NCBI GenBank assembly: GCA_965240325.2
Contig: OZ251228.1
Span: 1,426,001 to 1,490,000, forward strand
DNA from: Rebecca billardiae RCC1528
Lineage: Eukaryota > Protista > Haptophyta
Length of the DNA stretch: 64,000 nt
Direction of reading: 5' to 3'
Made by a program: the position numbers and the translations under genes. The notes beneath the pieces were generated by a model that did not search any database, had not been told where the DNA came from, and saw only the letters and a program-made list of their open reading frames with translations. The number at the start of each line of letters is the position of its first letter. The first letter of the stretch is position 1. Below are positions 23,246-32,100 of the stretch, piece after piece.

Positions 23246-23850
23246 TGGAGCGCTCGTTGGAACTTGACGCCGGTTTGGCGCCCGCGCGGCGAGGGCGACG
23301 ACGGGCGTACACGGGGCCCGCGGCGGCGGGAAGCGCGCGGGCGCGGCCGAGAACGGCACGGTCCGGACGCCTCTCGCCAGCCGCGGACGCGCACCGCGCC
23401 TCCTCCTCGCACGCTGCTAACTTGATCCGGGTTGAACGGTGGTTTTGCTGCCGATCAGCTCAAGTTCCACGGCTGGTCAAGGTTCGGCTTGCGACCTCGC
23501 CGCTGGTGCTTGCAAGAAGGTACACGAGTTGGTCGAACTCCCACGCACCCGCTCTGCGCTCGTCGACGCCCTCTGAAGGTGACTCGGGGTGCATGCCGGG
23601 CAGTGGAATGCAGTGGTTCGGCGTTGCCTCTCAGTCGTCCAGCGCGTAGGCCATGTAGCGCGGGTGTGGTGCGCGCATGGCCCGGTAATTCGGTCGCGGC
23701 ATGTCGGTCTGGGCTGCCCAAGGCCTGCCGCACCGCAAAGCGAGCGCTCAGGAGCGTGTGCCGACCGTGCCAGCCCCGCCGAGATGGGGCACTTCGCTGG
23801 GAAATGCGGTGTCAAGTTCCACCCCCGCTCAAGTTCCAACGAGCGCTCCA
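23246..23850. mobile_element. MITE (605 bp) with 22-bp perfect TIRs and TA flanks
   Basis: TA|TGGAGCGCTCGTTGGAACTTGA (23244-23267) and TCAAGTTCCAACGAGCGCTCCA|TA (23829-23852) are exact reverse complements. Internal TCAAGTTCCAC copies at ~23460 and ~23812. Confidence 0.82.
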
Positions 23851-24241
23851 TAATTATGTCCAATAATGCAAGATGAAGATGATACCCGCATGCCAATAGC
23901 AGTTCGCCCCAAATGAAACTGTAGTACTACTCAGCTATAGACTGTGATGAATAGTGGTGCGCGCTCATGTACAGAAAAGTATAAGGGTATTGACGAAATA
24001 TATCCTCAGCGGGTGCGGCATCATCTAGATCTCCACCCGGAAAGGCCTTGGTGAAATGAAATATCCTACCGAGAGAGGTACATGTATCATTTAACGGCGG
24101 TGAATCGGATTCAGCGCGCACCTTTCGACGAATGACAAGCTGAGAGCAGGTTTGGTGGAAGGAATAGCGAGGATTCCTTAAGCACTCCACTGCCACCCAC
24201 ATCTTCTCACATCAAGATCACGAGGCGCGGCCGCGGTGCCG

Positions 24242-26701
24242 ATGAGCGCGTTTCTGCACGTGGCGGGCAGCGGCGCGGGAGCTCCACCTGTGCCGCCCGT
24301 AAGCACATCACCAAAGCCGCGCTTGGCCATTGCATCCGTCACCGCGCCGCCGCCGGCGCTCAACGAGCCTCAGAAGCTGCGGCCGTTTCTGCCCGCCGCG
24401 ATCGCACCGACAGGCGGCCCGCGCGCGCACGTGCCGCGGGGCGCGCGAAAAACGCACTCGGGGCCGCAGCCGACGTTTGATCGCGGCCACGCCTTTGTTG
24501 ACCACTCCAAGCAGCTCTTCGCCAGCCGCCGCGCCGTGGCCCTCGCGCACCCGCGCGGCGCGCGCACGCCGGGCATGACGACGAGCCCCTGGGTCGATCC
24601 CAATGCGCCTCCCTTGGTGCGGAGACAGTCTACGGGGCCGAGTGGCGAGGCGCGTGAGCGACTTCCTCGGCTCTCCGAGCCGGAGGGCGCCTACCGTGGG
24701 CACGCGGCCCGGCACCCGGCGCTTCCCGGGCCGTTGGATCGCGACGCTCTGGACGGGTCTGCTGCGTCTCTCGCTATCTCGCCGCCGCCCGAGGATAGCA
24801 TCGGCGCGCCCACGCGCTCCCCGACGCGGCGCTCCCCCTCGCTGCACTCATCACCACGCCGCGCTTCCTTCCGCACATCGCCGGGCCAGAGCCGCTCGCC
24901 CGTCAAGTCGTCGCCGCTGGCGCGGCCTCACAGGCCCAAGTCCCTCCGGCACTCGGTCTCGTCGCACTTTGACCTGCACTCGATCCGCGGCTCGCTGCTC
25001 GAGGAGGCGCTGCGCCCTCCCAACGCGGAGGCGGCGCTCATGGCGAGCACGGCGCTCGGCACCGCGCTCGCGCGCTCGCCGTCCACGTCCGTGCTCAACG
25101 AGCGAGGCGGCAGGCCGCTCGGCGACATCCCGCGCTCGAGCTCGGCGCACGCGGCGCTCTCCGCCCTCGCGGACGGCGACGACGACGGCGACGACGACGA
25201 CGACGGTGACGACCATCCGAACGCGGACGCCGCGGCGGCTGGTGATGCGGATGGCCCGCATGACCACCTGGAGCGCTTTGTCACACTCCTTGAGATCTCG
25301 CCGCTCTTCGCCTCGCTCAGCCGCGCCGAGCTCGAGGCCGTGTGCGCGGCCGCGCGGTACAGCGTGCACGCGCGCAACCATGTGGCTTTCCGTGAGGGCG
25401 CGCCCGCGCTCTCGATCGGCGTTCTCCTGGCCGGCGGGCTCGAGGTGCGCGACCACAGCGGGCGCGAGGAGGTGCTCGAGCGGCGGGTACAGCAGAGCAC
25501 CGCGCCGCCGCTCTTCGGCCTCGAGGGTTGCGGTCTCTTCCCGCGCCTCGCCACCGCGCGCGCGCGCACAGACGGCTGCGCTGTGATGATGATCCCGCGC
25601 GGCGCGCTGCCGCCAGAGGTGCTGGGCGCGGCGTCGCGAGAGGTGGTGCTCAGCCTGCTCAAGCGCACGCGCGAGCTCGAGGCGCCGCTCACCCGCAGCG
25701 CCGCCGCGCGCGCCGCTCTCGCGCCCCTCTTCAAACCCGTCAAGATCGGCGCGGGCGAGGTGCTCACCTCGCAGGGCGAGCCCGCCGACGCCCTGTATGT
25801 GCTCGTCGCTGGCACACTCGACGTGCGCGTGCGCGCTGGCCACGGCGCGGAGGTGCAGGTGGGCATGCTCGAGACGCGGCACGACGACCACTCGGTGCTG
25901 CTCGGCGAGACGGTGCTCCACGCCGGCGGTGTGCGCACGTCGACCGTCGTCGCGCGAGAGCCGAGCTGGCTCCTGCGCATGGACAGCATCGAGGTCCCCA
26001 AGCTGGCCGCGGCCGTGCCCGAGCTTCTCGATGCGCTCGCAGAGGTGTGCGCGCGCGCGCGCGCCCGCGCCCGCGTCCGGGTGTCGATGACGCGCATCGC
26101 TCCCGCGGCGCGCGGCGGGAGCACGGCGCCATCGGCCGCGCCCAAGTTGACCTGTGCCCTACCCTCGGCCCTACACCTGCGCACCGTGCCACGGCGACCC
26201 GCGCAGGCTCGCTCGCTGCGCGACGCGGCGGATCGATCCAAAGTGCATGTGGCGGAAATGAGGCACGAGGAGGAGGTGGAGCGCGCGCTGGCGGAGTGCA
26301 CGTCCTTGGACAGCGCGTTGGCCCACTTGGGCGCACCTGCCGTTGACCCCACGCACGACGACCATCACGAGGAGGTGATCAAGAACACGCTTGCTGTGGC
26401 CGGCTTTCGTCGGCGCTCCGTTGGCCTCAACGCGGGGCTCGCGCGGCACGCCAAGATGATGCTGCACGGGACGGAGGAGGGGCCGCACAACGAGGCTGGC
26501 GGTCCGCGCGCGCGCAGTGGTACACCCGGCATCGATGCCTGGCGGCCAGAAGACAGAGGCGCCGGCACGCCGTCTACCCCGCCAGAGGAGACGCAGCTCC
26601 CTTCGCTCACAAATCGACGGTCCGTCATGGCGCAGGTGCGCGTCATTGAGCGCGCGAGCATGGCGGCGGCCTCCAAGACCACCGGCGCAGCAGGCTGCTG
26701 A
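24242..26701 (+). CDS. Protein with two cyclic-nucleotide-binding (CNB/Crp-like) domains after a disordered N-terminus; in-frame intron 26045..26206
   Basis: PLFASLS-x-x-EL...FREG...LLAGGLEV...FGLEG...RLATARA and LTSQGEPADALYVLVAGTLDV...LGE...RTSTVVA. Confidence 0.8.
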   Translation: MSAFLHVAGSGAGAPPVPPVSTSPKPRLAIASVTAPPPALNEPQKLRPFLPAAIAPTGGPRAHVPRGARKTHSGPQPTFDRGHAFVDHSKQLFASRRAVALAHPRGARTPGMTTSPWVDPNAPPLVRRQSTGPSGEARERLPRLSEPEGAYRGHAARHPALPGPLDRDALDGSAASLAISPPPEDSIGAPTRSPTRRSPSLHSSPRRASFRTSPGQSRSPVKSSPLARPHRPKSLRHSVSSHFDLHSIRGSLLEEALRPPNAEAALMASTALGTALARSPSTSVLNERGGRPLGDIPRSSSAHAALSALADGDDDGDDDDDGDDHPNADAAAAGDADGPHDHLERFVTLLEISPLFASLSRAELEAVCAAARYSVHARNHVAFREGAPALSIGVLLAGGLEVRDHSGREEVLERRVQQSTAPPLFGLEGCGLFPRLATARARTDGCAVMMIPRGALPPEVLGAASREVVLSLLKRTRELEAPLTRSAAARAALAPLFKPVKIGAGEVLTSQGEPADALYVLVAGTLDVRVRAGHGAEVQVGMLETRHDDHSVLLGETVLHAGGVRTSTVVAREPSWLLRMDSIEVPKLAAAVPELLDALAEVCARARARARVRVSMTRIAPAARGGSTAPSAAPKLTCALPSALHLRTVPRRPAQARSLRDAADRSKVHVAEMRHEEEVERALAECTSLDSALAHLGAPAVDPTHDDHHEEVIKNTLAVAGFRRRSVGLNAGLARHAKMMLHGTEEGPHNEAGGPRARSGTPGIDAWRPEDRGAGTPSTPPEETQLPSLTNRRSVMAQVRVIERASMAAASKTTGAAGC

Positions 26702-27107
26702 AGCCGCGTGCGTGCACGCCGGTGCTGGTGCGTCAGGCGTCGTCGGCGCGTCTCAGACTTATGAATAGCACAGTAGTCGTCGTCACACGCGGGGGCCTCC
26801 GGGCGCCTCCGCGCACGCGGCGCGCAGCGGAGTGCCGCTGAGCCCCCTGCCGCTGGCGCCGGCGGCCCGCCGTGCGCCTAGGGCTTGAGGTCGGCCGCCC
26901 GTCGTGGCCGCCTGCACTCTGTCGTCAGGCGCAGCGCCGCAGGGCCGGCCGCTGGCCCCGGAGACTATCGGTCGCAGTCCGACGGCGCCATCCTGAATAA
27001 GGCTGACCCGAATTAGGCTGACGGCTCTGAATAAATTAATGGCCAGCAACTATTTAGTAGTATTTAATAATATATATATACTACTTAGGCAATATCAATA
27101 ATCAGCG

Positions 27108-27108
<1 letters not shown>

Positions 27109-27147
<39 letters not shown>
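27109..27147. repeat. (TA)n microsatellite abutting the 3' end of the family-1 retroelement
   Basis: Pure TA run followed by GTGT and then the B2 repeat. Confidence 0.95.
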
Positions 27148-27151
<4 letters not shown>

Positions 27152-27155
<4 letters not shown>

Positions 27156-28212
27156 CCTCCTGCATGAAGAGCGACGCGACGCCATTGAGTATGGACGAAC
27201 ATCACCCACAGTCTGCGTGATGTGCATGACGAGGGCAGGTATTGCAGCATATATGCGAGCATGCAGCAAATGCCGATACACACCATGCCGAAATGGTGAT
27301 GTATAAATATATACTTGCGCGTGGTGGGGATTTGTCCCTGGCTGAACGGGAAGAGCGACTGAGCCGACGGTGCCAAAGCTGCGCGCAGACTGCGCCAGCG
27401 TGTGGCAGCAAGGTCCCTGGCTCAGGCAAGCGCAGCACTCACAGGCCTGACGACAAGGTTGTCAACCACAACGGAGGCTGCAGGGGCGGATGGCGGGTTT
27501 CGCAACGAGCACAAGCAAAGAACGCAGAGGAGATGGCGGGACCTCGGGCTTTGCAAATGCGCAGGCCGAAGCAGGGGCTGCCGAGAGATGAGCAGCTCGG
27601 CCCGAAAGGTCGTGTAACCGATGATCGAGCGAGCTCTGCTAGGTGGGCTGCTTGATATGAACTTTGGTAAGTTGCCACGCCGACTTAAGATGACCTTGGA
27701 TATGATCTCGAGCGCCGGATAGTGGAGAGGAGCGGGTACTTACAGAGGAGCCAGTGTGGTTGGCCGATATGAAAGGACCAGCGCCCGCCATGATGATGAT
27801 AAAGGATAGCTCCGTGGCCGATGAGCTCCGGAAATCGACTGCAACTACCTGCAGGACCTAGAAGACGATGGCGGCCCTTGTCCACCAGCTGCGCGTTGCC
27901 TTTCCAGCCTCCCGACACACTCGGTTATAACTCCGTTATAACGCCACGTGTCCTCCTGCATGAAGAGCGACGCGACGCCATTGAGTATGGACGAACATCA
28001 CCCACAGTCTGCGTGATGTGCATGCGAGGGCAGGTATTGCAGCATATATGCGAGCATGCAGCAAATGCCGATACACACCATGCCGAAATGGTGATGTATA
28101 AATATATACTTGCGCGTGGTGGGGATTTGTCCCTGGCTGAACGGGAAGAGCGACTGAGCCGACGGTGCCAAAGCTGCGCGCAGACTGCGCCAGCGTGTGG
28201 CAGCAAGGTCCC
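27152..28212 (-). repeat. Family-1 B1-A2-B2 terminal structure (265/266-bp direct repeats flanking a 450-bp A repeat plus spacer)
   Basis: 27152-27417 matches 27948-28212. The A repeat recurs inverted at 37567-38025. Confidence 0.93.
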
Positions 28213-28440
28213 GTTTGTGAGCAGGAGAGATCCCGTTGAGGATGAGGGCGCTGCTGAGAGATGATGGAGGCGGATGACACGGAGGAGGCCGGAGGTCTGT
28301 AGCGCAAGGTGGCACGTCCTCGTTTTTTTTTGTTTTTTTTTGAGGTTGCGTGCGTGTGCGCGCGCGCGCGCGCGTTGGGTAAGTAAGCGAGTTCGGGGGT
28401 GGGTGCTTGGGGACCTACAAAGGTCTGGCCCGCAAGGGCT

Positions 28441-28957
28441 GTGCCTACAAAGGCTGTGCCTACAAAGGTCACTGGTGTGCCTACAAAGGTCACGGATGTG
28501 CCTACAAAGGCTGTGCCTACAAAGGTCACTGGTGTGCCTACAAAGGTCACTGGTGTGCCTACAAAGGTCACGGGTGTGCCTACAAAGGCTGTGCCTACAA
28601 AGGTCACGGGTGTGCCTACAAAGGTCACGGATGTGCCTACAAAGGCTGTGCCTACAAAGGTCACTGGTGTGCCTACAAAGGTCACTGGTGTGCCTACAAA
28701 GGTCACTGATGTGCCTACAAAGGCTGTGCCTACAAAGGTCACTGGTGTGCCTACAAAGGTCACGGGTGTGCCTACAAAGGCTGTGCCTACAAAGGTCACG
28801 GGTGTGCCTACAAAGGCTGTGCCTACAAAGGTCACGGGTGTGCCTACAAAGGCTGTGCCTACAAAGGTCACGGGTGTGCCTACAAAGGCTGTGCCTACAA
28901 AGGTCACGGGTATGCCTGCAAAGGCTGTGCCCACAAAGGCTGGTGGCCTACAAAGGC
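28441..28957. repeat. Minisatellite of interspersed 15-bp (GTGCCTACAAAGGCT) and 21-bp (GTGCCTACAAAGGTCACKGRT) units, ~27 copies
   Basis: Directly visible tandem array between pol and B1. Confidence 0.95.
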
Positions 28958-29172
28958 TTGGCCGAAGCGTAGAGACGATGTTGCTGCAACTTGAGCGAGA
29001 GATGTGCGCCGCGTCGCCAGAGCGCGCCTCCCAGCGGAGCCGGCAACGCGTGCGCCGGCGCGAGGGCCGGATCCGGCTGCGAGCGCGACTGCAGCGCGAG
29101 CGCGACGGGCGGCGGCCGCCGCCAAACTGCGCCGCGCGACTGGCGAGCAGTCGATGCAGCGGCGTCCGTGTC

Positions 29173-32100
29173 TCAGCGACAAGCGCCCACCGCGGGCGGC
29201 GCGCCACGGACTCGCGAGCGCCGCCACACCGGCCCAGGGTTGCTGGCCTCGCCCACGCGCTCACCGCGCAGCGGCATGGGCGGATCGGCAGCGAGGACGA
29301 GCGGACGCGAGAGCAGCGCGACGAGCTCGTCAAGCAGCGCCTGCACGCGCACGACGGGCACTGCGAGCCACGTCGGGCGTAGGCCGAGCTGGGCGCACAG
29401 GCGCTCGAGGACGCCAAACTCGCCGCGGCTAGCTGCGTCCGCCAACGGGTTCATCTCGGAGAGGAGGAACTCCGAGTCGGCCAGCTCTGCGATCGCCCGC
29501 CATTCAGGGGCGTCGAGCAGCGCGAGGTGCGCGTGCTGCAGCAGCGGGGAGTGCGCGGACAGGTTGTGGAGGATGTGGTCGGTGACAGAGCTGTCGGTGC
29601 GGAGCCGGATGACGGCGCCTGCAATGCGCGGCGCGAAGATCAGCACGTTGGCGAACAGCGCGACGAACTCGAGCGCGACCACCGGCAGAGCGAGGTCCGA
29701 CGCGCGCAAGGGCAGGCTCCAGCAGAGCCCGTGGGCGTAGCCCCCCAGCGACGGCACGCGCGCGCCATCCTTGGCGGCGTCCGAGAAGAGCACGAACGCA
29801 GGCGGCGCCGCGGCCGGCAGGTGCCGGCGGGTCGAGGGGCCCGGCAGCGCGTTGGAGAAGAGCACGCCCGCGGTGGAGCGCAGGAGCTTGGCCCAGCGCG
29901 CGCACGCGGCGCGGAGCGTGGCGGTGATGGGCACCGGCCGCGCTGGGTGGCGGCCGAGCTCGCCGAAGTGCGTGTACAGGCCGTAGAAGAACGTGCGGTT
30001 CGCCGGCGTGAGCGGGCGGAAGTGCTCGAGCAGACCGACGAGCGCGCGAAAGGTAGAGAAGGGTACCGGCCTGCTCGCCAGCAAGTCGTCCAGGATGACG
30101 AGAGCGCGCAGGATCTTGGCCGGCGGCACCGCGAGGACGCCAGCGCAGACGACAAAGTCGCAGCCGAGCCAGAGCGCTGACTGGCCGATTTGGCGCTTCT
30201 CGGGGATGGCCATGAGCAGGCCGAGGCTGGTGGTGACGCGGTGCCAGACGGAGAGAAAGCGCACCGTTCTGTCCACGCCGACGATGGAGAAGTTGGTGTC
30301 GTCCGTGAAGCAGTCGCCGCTGAAGAGGCGCAGCTGGGGGCGCCGCGTGGTCACCGCGAGCGCACGGCGCTGCTCGATCCAGCTGCGCACAGCAGGGGGC
30401 GTCAGCGGGTCAGCGAGCATCGCCTCGAAGCGCGGCAGCTCCTCGTCGTCGAAGCACCGCGAGGCGATCTGCACGACGGTCGTGCTTAGGCGCTGCGCGA
30501 TGTTACTGCTGGGCGAGAGCCCAAAGCCGAGGCGCGACTCAGAGACGACGACGTGGCCGCCGGCGGCAACGCCCTCGCCGTCCGGCCGCAGCCAGAGGAG
30601 GCAGACGTTTGGCAGCTCGGCCGTTGCGACGCCGAGGTGGTTGAAGAAGTCGGCCACGTCGTCTGTGAGCGTGAGTATCGGCTCGCCAAACACGGCGGCG
30701 GCGTCGAGCAGGATCGCGTTGTCGTGCATCTTGCCGCCGACCGTGGGCTTGGCTTCGCGCGGCCACTTGCGCGGCGGCGCGCGCGGCAGGGTGGGCGTAA
30801 GACCCGCTGCGATCATCCGCTCGGCCGCGGCGGACGGGGCAGCCGCTGCTGGGCGGGGCACGTCGTGCCAGCCCGCGGCCGCGTCAGCGACCTCGTCGTG
30901 GAGACCGACAGCGACGTTGAGCGGGATGACAGGCACGCCAGCTGTGTCGACGAGCGCGCGGCGGGGCGCGCCGCCATCGGTCGTGCGGCGGTGCCGGTCC
31001 GGCTCGAGCTTGCGCGGCGTGGACCCCTGCGGGCTGAGCCGGCACGGGAGGAACGGGAAGTCGTCCCAGAAGCTGTACCAGCCGCGCGCCGCGAGGCGGA
31101 GGAGCTCCTTGTGCACGGAGGAGGCGGCCGCGCCGAGGGTGGTGAGGTGCGGCAGCAGCACGAGCTGGAGAGCCACATCGGCCTTGAACCGCACACCGTG
31201 GCGCACAAAGGAGAGCAGCTCGCGGTCGGGGAAGTCGGGACCGACGGCAGCTTCGAGGGCGTCCGGCATGAGCGTGCGCGACTCGAGCGGCGCCGAGAAG
31301 TCGAGCGGCAAGTACACGCCGTCCACCTTGCTCCGAAGGTCCCAGACGATGCCGCGGGCCTCCGGGTGGAAGAGGTCCTGGCCGATGGCGAGCGGCGCGT
31401 TGGTGCGCCGGGCGGCTGAGCCGAGCGAGAGGTACGCGCGCAGGTCGGCCTCCTCGCGGCGGCGCCAGCCCGCGACGAGCTCGAGCGCCGCGGGTAAGAG
31501 GATGTCAGCAACCGACCGCGGGCGGTACGAAGTCGCACGCTGCCGCCGCGGCGTCGGCACGTTGGTGTGAGGAGGGTCAAAGCGCGCCGACGTGGAGTCA
31601 AAGGGGAGCGCGGCGAGCGACCCGAGCGGCACGCGCATCGAGTGACCCTGCAGGGCGACAGGGATGCTGGAGCGGTCGGTGCGCACGCGATCGCCCCAGC
31701 CGGTGAGCGACTGGCCTTCCGTGGCCGGCAAGGAGGCGGCGCGTACAGCGATCATCGCCCGCAGAGCGGCGTCGGTCGCCTCGGCCGCGCGCGCCCCTTG
31801 CGCCCACGAGCGCTGCCTGGCGGCCGCCAGCGCCAGATCGCGCGCGGCCGAGGAACCGGCCGGACCCGTCGCGGCGAGAGGAGGCATGCGACGAGGGAGG
31901 ACGTCCACGAGCGCTGCACACGCAGCGGCGGCCGGCTCGTACAAGTCGGAGCCGGCGAACGCGCCCAAAGGGAACCACTCGCAGCCAGCCGCGAGCATCG
32001 GCGAGCGCGGCGGGCGCGTTCGGCTGGGAAGGGCCACGACGTGCGCCTCGCCGCCAAAGCGGCACTCGGCGCCGCGCAGGCGCGTGGCGTAGATGCCCGT

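Noticed and set aside
23927-24202. 91-aa low-GC ORF upstream of the cNMP gene
   Set aside because: No homologous motif recognised and composition differs from host genes. It is more likely promoter or decayed insert.
27152-28212. Conventional LTR pair
   Set aside because: The direct repeats lie on one side of the ORFs, there is no TSD, PBS or DDE integrase, and the junction is AC|GT rather than CA/TG.
28441-28957. CRISPR-like array or real VPTKVTG/CAYKG repeat protein
   Set aside because: There are no unique spacers, only two short alternating suffixes. Open frames on both strands follow from 3n unit lengths.
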